The translations under genes were made by a program, and so were the position numbers. Source: Alloacidobacterium sp. (GTDB lineage: Bacteria; Acidobacteriota; Terriglobia; Terriglobales; Acidobacteriaceae). From it: a stretch of DNA of 38,515 nt. The DNA lies in assembly GCA_035313725.1 (NCBI GenBank), contig DATGAD010000062.1:1-38515 (forward strand), in the 5' to 3' direction. The notes below the pieces were generated by a model. That model was given only the letters and a program-made list of their open reading frames with translations. It searched no databases and was not told where the DNA came from. Below, piece after piece: positions 25,479 through 35,287 of this stretch; the stretch's first letter is position 1, and every line of letters starts with the position of its first letter.

Positions 25479-26213
25479 CTACTCCTTGTTTTCGCTGGTC
25501 TCCGTTGCGCGATGACTGTATTTGATGATGTCGACGCTGGAGAGCACCACCAGTCCTTCTTGTACCATCTGGTCCACAAGAGGCAGAAAAGCCTGCAATT
25601 TTTCTTCGGTGTCGATGACAGAGAGCATGATGGAGCAATCATGCGACAGATGCAGCGGCTTTTCCTTGTGAACCCTGCGATGAGCACCATAGCCAAGAAT
25701 GCCGCGGTAGACTGTGGCTCCTGCAAGATCATTTGCGCGCATCGCGCGTAGTAGAGCCTCGAATAGTGGCTGGTCATGCCACCGGTCACTCTCGCCAATA
25801 TAGATCCGCATTAACTTCGCCTTGCCCTCGATCCGCACATGCTCCGGGACTGGCGCTTTCCTGGGCTTCGAGACCCGTGCCGGCTTGGCGATTGTTGTTT
25901 CCTGAACCTCAATCATGCCGGATCCGGCCATCTCTTCCAGCTTGCCCAGCAACTCATCGACTTTTTCACGCGTCTCGATAAATTCGATCTTCACAGGAAG
26001 GTGATCGGAAATTTCGACAAAATTCGCCGAATGCATGCGGTGATCCGCTCCAAATCCGGCCACGCCTTTCAGAACGGTTGCACCCGAGACTCCCCGAAAA
26101 AAGAGAAAATCCAGGATGCTTGAGTACGTCGAAACTCCATGGTGCGTCGACCCCTCACTTAAATAGATGGAAACTTTTACTGCTTTCCCCGGAGACAGCA
26201 TAATTTCACTCAT
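25479..26213 (-). CDS. Tandem double-DUF190 protein
   Basis: Two repeats, GATVLKGVAGFG...LPVKIEFIE and MRIYIGESDRW...GATVYRGILGYG. Confidence 0.88.
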   Translation of the reverse strand: MSEIMLSPGKAVKVSIYLSEGSTHHGVSTYSSILDFLFFRGVSGATVLKGVAGFGADHRMHSANFVEISDHLPVKIEFIETREKVDELLGKLEEMAGSGMIEVQETTIAKPARVSKPRKAPVPEHVRIEGKAKLMRIYIGESDRWHDQPLFEALLRAMRANDLAGATVYRGILGYGAHRRVHKEKPLHLSHDCSIMLSVIDTEEKLQAFLPLVDQMVQEGLVVLSSVDIIKYSHRATETSENKE

Positions 26214-26264
26214 TTCCCTTTCTACGGATGTAAGGCTAAGAACGACGTGCAAAGCGGCAATCAT

Positions 26265-27080
26265 TCAGGCGCTTTCTGCTTTGAGATTGGGCGCTTGCTC
26301 GGCGTTCCAACGGACAAGCCGATCCAGATCAGTTTCCACCTGCTTCAGATCGGCATTCTTACCTTCCTCGTTTAAGGTCGCTCCGGCATCAATCAGCAAG
26401 AGTGCGAGATCACAGGAAGGAAGATATGCAAGAGTCTCCGCCGCACCACGTTTTGCTAAAGATCCCAGGCCCGGGGTATCTACCAACATGATGCCATCCC
26501 TGAGACGAGGCGAGGGCACTTCAACTATAGCGCGCACGACGTTCCCGTGATTCCCGGGATTACCCTGCTCTGTAACAAGTTTGGCCAATTCCTCGACAGA
26601 GACGATTGCGCTGTGACCATCTCAAAAAGCGACCGCTGCTCTTAATTCCAACCCATATCGCAGCTTCGTTGGCACAGCGGTGACTGGGTGATGCCTACCG
26701 GCAGCACATCGATATTGAGTAGAGTATTAAGCAATGAGGATTTCCCGCTGCTTACTCGCCCGAACAGTGCCAGCTCGAAGCTGTCGTCCTCGAGTCGCGC
26801 AGCAAGTGCGTCAATCCGCGGGCGGAATTCAATCAGGCCATTTCGTGTAACGATTTGCTCCAGCAGGCGCAACAGATCAACATCAAAGCCGGTTGCCTCC
26901 AGACGCCGCAAACGTTTTTCGAGGTCCGTCGTTAACTCGTGCTTGAGATAGCGCTCCATGCCAGTAACCAATGAGCGCAGCTCGTGAACCACACCGTTCA
27001 ATTCACTTACTGCGTCCTCTGGCACAGCTCCGGAGCCACGCATGTAGCTCGGCCGCAGTTCCTCTACTGCTATGTCCACG
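26265..27080 (-). pseudogene. Dynamin-like GTPase remnant (frameshift, internal stop, both ends truncated)
   Basis: G1 FGRVSSGKSS; after PVGIT the frame shifts to PVTAVPTKLRYG, an in-frame TGA lies near 26622, then G3 LVDTPGLGS follows in ORF 26265..26588. Confidence 0.75.
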
Positions 27081-27084
27081 AAAG

Positions 27085-27436
27085 TGGAGGCGAGACCAAA
27101 GCCGCGCAACCTTCTCGACCTGATGTTTGACCCGGCAGGGATGCGGCCTTTTGTTGAGGAGTGGGAGATGGTTGCAGCCGGCCTTCTGCAAAGAGTTCGG
27201 CGAGAAGCGGTTGGGCAGGTGGTGGATGCGGAACTAGCAAAACTGTTAGAGCGGCTGCGTGGGTATCCAGGCATTGCAGGATTGAAGCCGCCGCTGGCAC
27301 CTCAGAGCCCTGTGCTGCCCATTACCTTTAGGCGAGGTGACGAGCGCGTCTCCTACTTCTCGCTGATTACAACGGTCGGCACACACAGTGCATAACTGCG
27401 CAGGAACTGCGCGTGGAGTGCATGTTTCCGAGTTAA
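27085..27436 (+). pseudogene. MmyB-like ligand-binding domain of an XRE regulator; HTH missing, frameshifted
   Basis: PRNLLDLMFDPAGMRPFVEEWE...PVLPITF...FSLITTVGT, then the C-terminus QCITAQELRVECMFPS in another frame ending at TAA 27436. Confidence 0.7.
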
Positions 27437-27560
27437 GCCAGCTGCGCGTTCTCCGACTACCCTGCGGGCGTCATTGTATTGCCTGTTGTGGCCCATGGCA
27501 TGATCGATCCGTCAGCAATCCGAGATACCAGCAGTCAGACGCAATTACCGCCACGGGAGC

Positions 27561-28622
27561 TTATCGCTTTAATACCTGCTCCAGATATGCCAAAGCGCGG
27601 GGATCATGGGATTGTCCCAGCCAGAAGAATGCCTCTTTGCGAACTACTGGATTTGAGTTGGTATCGGCGACGTGAATCAGTTGAGGAACGCTTTCGTCTT
27701 TTGGCAACTGGCTAAGAGCGAAGACTGCCTTCTTCTTTACGTCTGTTTCAGGATCGTTCTCAATGGCGTTCGTAATTGCCGTTGTTGCCTTCTTGCCGGC
27801 CTTCTGCGCGAGCCAGAAAAGCGCCTGCTCACGGACTTTAGTGTCTGCGTCAGACTTGACCATGCGCAACAATTCGTTTTCAGCCTCTGGATCGGAGTTT
27901 TGCGAGAAATCAAATGGCAGCTTTTCTCGAAGCGATGCGTCGGTGGTTTTCTTTTCCAGCTCTTGCAAGGCTACGAAACCCTCATGTCCGCGTTGAACAC
28001 CAAGCCAAAAGGCCGCTTGCTCGCGGACGTGCATGGGCGCGGCTGATGACGCAATTCCAGCGAGCGCGCTGGTCACTTCCGATGTTGCATGGTAGCTGAT
28101 CGACAGGAGTGCTCCATCAAGGACTTGAGAGCGATTCGATGCGGATGTCTGCGTTGCGAGTTGAGCAAGAAACGCAACGCTCTCTTCCGGCTTAACCCCG
28201 GTCAGCCAGGTGAACGGAACGCCACCCGCATCGAGACGGCAGCCAGCCATTACCGGCCTTATCCTGATGAGTTGATCGTGGTCCAGTCGAAGAAGAACGT
28301 AGATATTTTGAACGGGTGGCGCATGGTCGCCACGGTTCATGCTGTAGTTGGTCTCTTCCAGTCGATATTCACCGCAACATCCATCGTCCATCGCTGACGA
28401 ATCAGACCAGTTCGAACATGTAGATAGATGCGATTGTGGAAGAGCCGGCACTTCATATCCAAGCCAGAGCTGTTCAGTCGAGTTGCGAAATCGATCCACC
28501 GTCGCGGTGAGAGTTCCTCCTATCGGTTCGACCGTGAAGTGAGTATTGCTGACCTTGGGTTGCTGCGCCAGAAGTGCAAACGTGGACGCGCAGATAACGA
28601 TTGCAACGAGATGCTTCTTCAT
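27561..28622 (-). CDS. Exported HEAT-repeat protein
   Basis: Signal peptide; repeated VREQAAFWL / VREQALFWL / VKKKAVFAL / VRKEAFFWL units. Confidence 0.88.
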   Translation of the reverse strand: MKKHLVAIVICASTFALLAQQPKVSNTHFTVEPIGGTLTATVDRFRNSTEQLWLGYEVPALPQSHLSTCSNWSDSSAMDDGCCGEYRLEETNYSMNRGDHAPPVQNIYVLLRLDHDQLIRIRPVMAGCRLDAGGVPFTWLTGVKPEESVAFLAQLATQTSASNRSQVLDGALLSISYHATSEVTSALAGIASSAAPMHVREQAAFWLGVQRGHEGFVALQELEKKTTDASLREKLPFDFSQNSDPEAENELLRMVKSDADTKVREQALFWLAQKAGKKATTAITNAIENDPETDVKKKAVFALSQLPKDESVPQLIHVADTNSNPVVRKEAFFWLGQSHDPRALAYLEQVLKR

Positions 28623-28633
28623 AACCTGGCTCC

Positions 28634-29875
28634 TTATTTACTGAGAACTTCCATCATGTAGTCGGTCGCTTCCTTGTTGTGCATCACGGCAAGCTTTCCG
28701 ACGATATCCCGTTTTGCGGAAGGATCCTTCTCAGAGCGTGCCAAAGAGACGAGGTCGTGTGCGTCTCCAGCAACAAACAGCGCGTCGAGAACGGCTCGTT
28801 TCGATTCTTCATCTGTGCTTTTGGAATAGATTGACAATAGCGTTGGAATCATGGAAGATCCGCCGGCAACTCCCATATTGCGGATCGCCTTGCGGCGGAG
28901 ATCGGGATCCTGCTCAGACGAGGCGATGGCGCTGAGTGCATCCGCTCCTTTGCCACCGGCGGCTACAAACGCGTTAATAATCGCCGCCTTGGTTTCTTTG
29001 CTGTTCGTTGACTGGTACATGGTCGATAGCTGTGAGACAGCTCCCATAGCGCCGAGTTCGGAAACGGCATGACGTGCCAGTTCCGGATCGGATTCGTGCT
29101 GCGCTACCTGCACTAACTTGTCGGGCGCACCCATGACCAGATAGGAATCCAGAACAGCTTTCTTGACGGACGGATTGCTGGACCGGCCATAAACATCCGC
29201 GAGTGTGTCGGCAGCTTGGTTTCCCCTGGTGACCGCAAGCATGCGGATAGCCTTCACCTGTAAGGTGGGATCTTTCTCCCCGCGAATGATTTGCCCAAGC
29301 AGATCCTGTGCCGGCTTGGACTGGTCTTGCGCAAGAACAAAGAGAGCGCGTTCTTTCAGTCGTTCAGATTGCTGTCCTTCGAGAATTTGCTTGAGAATCG
29401 GCAGAGCATTGACATCTCCACTTTGCATAAGCGAAGTCAAAGCGAGCAGTTTCAGGTCTTCATCCTGTTCTGCTTGCGGTTGAACCGGGCTGCCGCTCTT
29501 GCCGCGTATCTCGATTTCCAGCGCATTGCATTCTTTAAGCCAGGTGCTCTTTGCATAGGACTGGCGAAGATCGGCGCAGGTCTTTAGTGCGTCGGAAGAA
29601 CGGCCCTCCTTATTTTCTACATAGGCTTTCCAGTAGAGAGCGCCATCAGCGCGGCGGCCATGCTGATCGATAACCTGATCCAGCAATGACTCTGCATCCG
29701 ACCATCGGCTCTCGTTAATCGCCCGCGTAGCATCGGAATAAAGCTGATCTTCATGCGCGTTTGTCTGAGCCGTATCAGATTCAATGGGCTGAAAGATGAG
29801 TCCCGAAGCAGATGGAACCGAGAGTGACAATCCAACGGAGACTGCAGTGAGATAAAACCAGTATTTTGTTTTCAT
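28634..29875 (-). CDS. Exported TPR + HEAT-repeat protein
   Basis: Signal peptide; ADGALYWKAY TPR-like segment; HEAT units (LKERALFVLAQ, LRRKAIRNMG). Confidence 0.85.
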   Translation of the reverse strand: MKTKYWFYLTAVSVGLSLSVPSASGLIFQPIESDTAQTNAHEDQLYSDATRAINESRWSDAESLLDQVIDQHGRRADGALYWKAYVENKEGRSSDALKTCADLRQSYAKSTWLKECNALEIEIRGKSGSPVQPQAEQDEDLKLLALTSLMQSGDVNALPILKQILEGQQSERLKERALFVLAQDQSKPAQDLLGQIIRGEKDPTLQVKAIRMLAVTRGNQAADTLADVYGRSSNPSVKKAVLDSYLVMGAPDKLVQVAQHESDPELARHAVSELGAMGAVSQLSTMYQSTNSKETKAAIINAFVAAGGKGADALSAIASSEQDPDLRRKAIRNMGVAGGSSMIPTLLSIYSKSTDEESKRAVLDALFVAGDAHDLVSLARSEKDPSAKRDIVGKLAVMHNKEATDYMMEVLSK

Positions 29876-30637
29876 TTAGAGAGTAGCTCCTTTGCCGATA
29901 GCCTGAGCGTTCAGCTTTTGTTCAGAAACCTTTGTGCGGAGAACACGGATCTGGAAGAGCAGACCTTGCGTATTCATTTCCTGCTCGATGCGCGCGATGT
30001 CCGCGGCGCTCAACTCGTCCGGCGAGTTGGCAACTTCAAGAAGCACGCGTTCAAGATGGTCAAGCGCAGCAGTGAGAAGAGGATCGTTAGACTGGGCGAC
30101 GCTTTGGCGATACAGTCGATTGTCGGTGAGCAACTGCTGGGCTTCTCCCCGCAGCGGCAAATCTACCTGTTCTCCCTCGGCACCAGCATGATTTAGCTGA
30201 ACGAGAAGACGCTCTGACCGGTCGAGGTGATTGTCGAGAACAAAGAGTACGACACGCTCTTTTGTTTGTTGCGGAGTAGAAGTTGCCAGCAAGGGTTTGG
30301 TGTGGGCGTGCTCCCACATTCTTCCCGCCAGAAATGCGCCTGCTAAGAACAGGAGGCAGGCAGCCGCATAAGCAAGCTGAGGCCACTGAAAGAAGCTGCG
30401 TTTTTGTTTTGCCTGATAGGGTTGCAATGCCCCTTGAATGGATTGCCAAACCTGGGCTCCGTAATCAGAGCTTCGCGGCAGCGGCTCCGGCCCGCGAACA
30501 CTGCCTAACAGCTTGCCAAGTTCCTCATAGGATTGCGAGCACTGCCTACAGGCTTGAAGATGTATCTCGGCGTCAGCCTTGTAGAGATCCTCGGAGTAGT
30601 AGTGCTCAATCATTTCTTCTTCTGTTAAGTGCTTCAT
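29876..30637 (-). CDS. Putative zinc-finger (ZAS) transmembrane anti-sigma factor
   Basis: MKHLTEE...HLQACRQC (Hx3Cx2C), single TM; overlaps the sigma stop codon. Confidence 0.85.
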   Translation of the reverse strand: MKHLTEEEMIEHYYSEDLYKADAEIHLQACRQCSQSYEELGKLLGSVRGPEPLPRSSDYGAQVWQSIQGALQPYQAKQKRSFFQWPQLAYAAACLLFLAGAFLAGRMWEHAHTKPLLATSTPQQTKERVVLFVLDNHLDRSERLLVQLNHAGAEGEQVDLPLRGEAQQLLTDNRLYRQSVAQSNDPLLTAALDHLERVLLEVANSPDELSAADIARIEQEMNTQGLLFQIRVLRTKVSEQKLNAQAIGKGATL

Positions 30638-31206
30638 GACTTCACCCAAAGTGGCGCAAGCGATTGCCGTAATTTTTGTACTGCGCGAAAGACCGCCTGC
30701 TTCGCCGAGTTCGGCGCTATTCCAAGCGCTGTCGCTATCTCCTCCGTGGATCGGTCCTCCATGTGGCGCAGCACAAAGGCAATGCGTTCAGTTGGTGTCA
30801 GCTTCCCCATGGCTGCATGTCTCCGTGCCTGGATCTCCTGGCTAAGCAGGAGCCGGTCCGGCCCGGCAGCGCGATCTGCGAGTTGAACAGCCGCCTGTCC
30901 TTCGTCGTACTCCTCAGCAATAGGCACCGCTGTCTGGTTCTTCCGCTTGTTCAAAACATCGAGTGCGCAGTTCATAGCGATCCGGTAAATCCAGGTCCGA
31001 AAGTTGGACCGGGCATCGAAGTTTTCAAGACTGCGGTAGCCTCGGAGGAACGTTTCCTGTACGACTTCGTCAGCGTCGGCCTCATCTTCCGTAATGCGGA
31101 AAGCGACGCGAAAAACACTCTGGCTGTGGCGCTCTACGAGCGGGCCATAAGCGTCCTTGTCTCCGGCCAAAATACTCCGGATGAGCGCGTAATCGTCATT
31201 CCCCAT
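30634..31206 (-). CDS. ECF RNA polymerase sigma-70 factor
   Basis: Region 2 DADEVVQETF...FRTWIYRIAMN; region 4 LTPTERIAFVLR...EIATALG. Confidence 0.95.
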   Translation of the reverse strand: MGNDDYALIRSILAGDKDAYGPLVERHSQSVFRVAFRITEDEADADEVVQETFLRGYRSLENFDARSNFRTWIYRIAMNCALDVLNKRKNQTAVPIAEEYDEGQAAVQLADRAAGPDRLLLSQEIQARRHAAMGKLTPTERIAFVLRHMEDRSTEEIATALGIAPNSAKQAVFRAVQKLRQSLAPLWVKS

Positions 31207-31214
31207 TCAGCGCA

Positions 31215-31243
31215 TTAGACAGGATTATGGGCTTGCGGTTAGG
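31215..31243 (-). promoter_or_regulatory. Putative autoregulatory ECF promoter
   Basis: Minus strand reads cctAACC-N16-GTCTAA, ending 8 nt before the sigma ATG. An AAC -35 with a GTC-type -10 is typical of ECF promoters. Confidence 0.5.
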
Positions 31244-31277
31244 AAGAATTTTTCGGATGGTGTACGCGACCCAATCG

Positions 31278-31307
31278 CATGAGGCCAGCAAATCTGCTGG
31301 CCTCATG
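31278..31307. terminator. Perfect 13-bp hairpin (terminator or RNA-stability element)
   Basis: CATGAGGCCAGCA-aatc-TGCTGGCCTCATG between CDS 31478 and the sigma gene; no clear T-tract. Confidence 0.5.
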
Positions 31308-31477
31308 AACTGAACCCGTAGGGATAAAATTCAAGTTATCGTAAACCGGCTAACCGCAGAACTGCCACATTGCTTGGTTGCCACTTGTCCGAGAATCCGA
31401 CTTTTCGCCCAAGTGCATTTCTCGGTAGCAATCTTGGATAGACTCTTGCTGAAGACCACCGCAAGGAAGCCCGAAAT

Positions 31478-32026
31478 TCAAATGCTGGCAGCGGCCTGCC
31501 GACGCTTTGGGTAGTCAAGTGTGAAGCGGAATGCTCCATAGATGGCAAGTATCGCTGTCCAGATACCAACCTTCTGTGGAACAGATGGGACGTACAAGAT
31601 CGCAGCTTCCGCTGCAACCATCAGGGCAAAGGCCAACGCCCACACGCTCGTGATGACGTAGTTGGTCCGAACAAAAGCGGGATTACTCCAAAACTCGGAG
31701 GCCACCTGCTCGCGGGCATATTGAAGAGTAAAAGGACGCTTCAAGGCCATCGAGGCAACGACGACCAGCAGAAGACCGGCATCCACTCGCAGCCGTACAG
31801 CGATCACCGACCAATTCGGGTGCACGATCGCTGTGTACAGTGCGAGTCCTGCGAATAGAATCAGCGTTCCGGCTTCCAGAACCTTCGGTTTGCGACCGAC
31901 GATGAGGTCTTTGCCGATCAGTAGGGCTGACGTCAGAGCAGCCGCCACAAGACCAGCCGTGGGCCCTAACACTCGTTCCAGAATGACGAACACGATGAAT
32001 GGCGCAAAAGCGAGGAGGATTCCCAT
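31478..32026 (-). CDS. Hypothetical integral membrane protein
   Basis: MGILLAFAPFIVF start after AAGGAAA; about 6 hydrophobic helices; RPFTLQYARE...ITSVW motif. Confidence 0.8.
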   Translation of the reverse strand: MGILLAFAPFIVFVILERVLGPTAGLVAAALTSALLIGKDLIVGRKPKVLEAGTLILFAGLALYTAIVHPNWSVIAVRLRVDAGLLLVVVASMALKRPFTLQYAREQVASEFWSNPAFVRTNYVITSVWALAFALMVAAEAAILYVPSVPQKVGIWTAILAIYGAFRFTLDYPKRRQAAASI

Positions 32027-32335
32027 CGTTTCTATTTCCTTTCTTGATCGGCAATGGAGGGGGCATTCAAGGGCGGTCCGTATCGGGCTCCAGAAGCGCG
32101 ATGTCCATTGTTTTAACTTCTCGCCCGGTAGGGCCGACGCTGAAAGAAAGCGTAAAGGCATGAGTGCCATCTGAACATCGGGGTTACTACACAATAGCCC
32201 ATGTGGTACTACACGAATCGGTTCCCATTCCCACGATAAATGACCAAATATATCCAGGAAACCCGCCCCACGCATGCCGATTTTCGATATCGGTTCGCTG
32301 CGCCTCATCTGCTCATCCAAATGAATTCAGAGCGA

Positions 32336-33817
32336 CTATTTCTTGATGCCCTTTGTTTCGTGACCGTTCTGATGCAACATCAGAGAGCTGACCTGACCCT
32401 TGTCATCAGTGATGAACTGAACCTCGGCATCCACAATTGTCAGGAAGAATTTCGTCTCTGTCTCGGGATATACAGGAAACTTCGGCTGATTCGTCGCCTG
32501 GGTCATCAGTTGATCGCCTTCGAGTGAAAAAGTAACGCTGAAAGTCGGCGCGATTTCATACGTTCCTACATATCGTGCTAAAACGGCACGGTCAACCTTG
32601 ATTGCCGTGCGGACGATGGGGCGGAAATCCGGCCAATCATATGCGGCGGCGATGCTGCCCATGATCTCCGAAGCGAGGCGCATCCCACCTTGTGCATTTG
32701 TCATCACGGCCGCTCCGTCACCGTTGTGTTCGTATGCAACGAAGAGGCTTTCAAAGCCCTCGTTCACGCCGCCATGTGAGAAGTATGGATTCGACGCGGA
32801 GCCACCAATTTGGAGTCCTAGCCCCCATCCTCCTTTGCCTGCTGTGACCATCTGCTGGGTTAGATCGCGCGACAGCACATGGTTCGCCTTGCCCTCGAGG
32901 GATTGCTGAACCTCGATCATGTACCGAGCCAGGTCTGATGGCGTTGTCCACAAGCCCGCCGCAGCCATCTCTGGGTAGGTGTGCGCGCCGCCGGGCACGG
33001 CCGCGCCGTCTTCCATGTAAGGCGTCGCGGCCATTGGTTGAAATTTCGCGGGAAGCGGCTGCTCATAGGTACTGTGCGTCATCCCGATCGGTCCAAGAAC
33101 TGTGTCGTGCAGCAACTTCGGGAAAGGCTCCTTCGTAACATCGAGAAGGACCTGCTGCATCACGGTATAGCCGCCACCCGAGTATTTCCAATCCTTGCCT
33201 GGCGGGTTCTCTAATCGGATGGGATCCGTGTTTGCCGGTTTCTCGCCATTCAATACCTGCACAAGAGTGGGGACGGGAACGCCGGCTGCGTATCCTGGAA
33301 AACCATGCACCGTGAATCCCGCTGTGTGCGTCAATAACTCCCGGAGTGTAACCGTCGCACCGGGCGCTGCCGGGCTCGCGGGAACTTTCCATGTCGTAAG
33401 TACCGTGTTCACGCCGGAGTCGAGCGAAAGCTTGCCTTCACCGACGAGATGAAGTGCTGCCATAGCAGCGACCGGCTTGCTGATCGATCCGGCCTGGAAA
33501 AGAGTGTCGGCACTCACTGGCTTACCGCCAACCTGCTGAACCCCGAAGCCTTGTGCCCACTCGATCACTCCGTTGTGAATAACGGCTATGCTGACTCCTG
33601 GAACATGTAGTTCAGTCATCCTTTCCGCCAGTGTGTGACAGCCGTGCGGATCATCTTTAATGACGACGGGGGCGGTAAGACAGCTTTTGATTTTCTCGAC
33701 ATGCTGCTGCGTTTCAGCTGGCAGCATCGTAGGAGCTGGTAATGTCTGGGCAACCATGAGGGCTTCACTCAGGCATAGAAAAAGGCTCCCCGTGACAAGC
33801 TTTGCCGAAACAAGCAT
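32336..33817 (-). CDS. Serine hydrolase, class C beta-lactamase/PBP-like family, with C-terminal DUF3471-like domain
   Basis: SxxK (GSISK), LLTHTAG, YSG, HGG; signal peptide; C-terminal YVGTY...ETKFF domain. Confidence 0.9.
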   Translation of the reverse strand: MLVSAKLVTGSLFLCLSEALMVAQTLPAPTMLPAETQQHVEKIKSCLTAPVVIKDDPHGCHTLAERMTELHVPGVSIAVIHNGVIEWAQGFGVQQVGGKPVSADTLFQAGSISKPVAAMAALHLVGEGKLSLDSGVNTVLTTWKVPASPAAPGATVTLRELLTHTAGFTVHGFPGYAAGVPVPTLVQVLNGEKPANTDPIRLENPPGKDWKYSGGGYTVMQQVLLDVTKEPFPKLLHDTVLGPIGMTHSTYEQPLPAKFQPMAATPYMEDGAAVPGGAHTYPEMAAAGLWTTPSDLARYMIEVQQSLEGKANHVLSRDLTQQMVTAGKGGWGLGLQIGGSASNPYFSHGGVNEGFESLFVAYEHNGDGAAVMTNAQGGMRLASEIMGSIAAAYDWPDFRPIVRTAIKVDRAVLARYVGTYEIAPTFSVTFSLEGDQLMTQATNQPKFPVYPETETKFFLTIVDAEVQFITDDKGQVSSLMLHQNGHETKGIKK

Positions 33818-34007
33818 GAAATGTTCCCTCGAGAGGATGACAGAAAGTCACTAGCCAGGATGGTCTTTCTCCCAATTCCCGGAGTGGACCCCCTCGGCTT
33901 AGCAATTAGAAGAATAAAGCCTTCTGTTGTTCAAAACTTGATGAATGAAAGGTCGCTTCGTCCGGCGACTACTTGAAAGCAATCGCCGGACGAAGGTTAG
34001 GGGAAGG

Positions 34008-34292
34008 TTAGTTGGGTTGAGTCCCTTCGAGCATCATCACACCCGACTGCTGACCATCGAGTTCAATCGCGATCACTCGCCGGTTGTCGATGACCCAGTA
34101 GCCGAAGCTCGACGCGGCTTGCGGATTCGGTGCGGCCTGTCCACTTTGTGCGACTAGCCCGTAAAGCGTGAGCTGCCCGGTTGAACTGCTCTCTGAGCCA
34201 GAGAGCGGTGCGCCCGAAGTTACAAGGGAGTTTGTGTTTGCGGCATTCTGGACGCTGTAATCGGTGTATCCGGAAAACGAATCCAAAGCCAC
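34008..34292 (-). pseudogene. Probable 3' fragment of a large beta-rich surface protein
   Basis: Ser/Gly/Thr-rich beta-type sequence ending GYWVIDNRRVIAIELDGQQSGVMMLEG; no RBS or signal peptide. Confidence 0.35.
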
Positions 34293-34618
34293 TGTTAAAG
34301 GACCAACGCCAGACCAAAAAGGTGCTTGGTTGATATCTCCTACACGCTGTACATTGAGTGCATAGCTGCCTTCAAAATCAGAGGATGAACCCCTTTGCAG
34401 ATATGCGGGACCTGATGTTGCCTGCGTATTGGCAAGCAGGCGTTGGCCGTCGTACTGTAAATCTTTGTAATGATTCCGAAGAATGTAGCCAGGCTCAGGG
34501 CCCGTCTTCGATAAAGTAAGAGTACGAAAGCTCTTGAGGGACAGAAATAGAGGGCGCTACACGGGAGACACGTGTGGTTCCACACGAGCTTAAATGGCGT
34601 GGATTCTTAGTGCCCGGC

Positions 34619-35275
34619 CTACAAAAGGTTCTTATTTTGCAGCGCGAATCGCAACAGGGCATTCGCGCCTTCGCCCTCAAGCTCAAGCTTGCGGCATATA
34701 TTGGTGCGGTGGTTCTCAACGGTTCTGTAGTGAATGGAAAGTTCCGCGCCAATCTCTTTGCTGGTTTTTCCGTTAGCAATCAATTGCATGATGCGGTATT
34801 CAGTAGGAGTAAGACCGCTGGTGAGTGACTGGCTTGATTTCGGAGTCGGCTCATTGCTCTTCTGCAGCAGAGCCGCAGTGATTGCCGAACTGAGATATGA
34901 GCGCCCGGAAGCTACAGCATGAATGCCTGCTACAACCTCTTGAACCGCACTGTCTTTCAAAATGTAGCCCTTGCATCCAAGGTCCATCGCGCTGCGAAAG
35001 AGATCGTGATTCGAATGAAAGGTTAGAAAGATGATCTCAATCTTAAGTCCGCGTTTGATAATCTCGCGCGCGACTCCAAGCCCGTCGAGCTTCGGCATTT
35101 CGATATCGAGCAGCGCGACGTGTGGATTAAGCTTTGTGATGAGCGACAATGCCATTTCTCCATCCGAAGCTTCGCCAACTACTTTTAAGCTGGGATCTTC
35201 TTCAACGCTGAGACGCAATCCCTTTCGCATCAGGGGATGATCATCGGCAATCAGAATTCGGATTTCGTCTTCCAT
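34619..35275 (-). CDS. NarL-family response regulator
   Basis: ILIADDHP, ALLDIEMP, LTPTEYRIMQLIANG...TVENHRTNI. Confidence 0.95.
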   Translation of the reverse strand: MEDEIRILIADDHPLMRKGLRLSVEEDPSLKVVGEASDGEMALSLITKLNPHVALLDIEMPKLDGLGVAREIIKRGLKIEIIFLTFHSNHDLFRSAMDLGCKGYILKDSAVQEVVAGIHAVASGRSYLSSAITAALLQKSNEPTPKSSQSLTSGLTPTEYRIMQLIANGKTSKEIGAELSIHYRTVENHRTNICRKLELEGEGANALLRFALQNKNLL

Positions 35276-35287
35276 GATTGACCCTGC

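Noticed and set aside
32336-33817. Antibiotic-resistance AmpC beta-lactamase
   Set aside because: YSG and HGG replace YxN and KTG, and there is an extra C-terminal domain; this fits generic serine hydrolases or peptidases.
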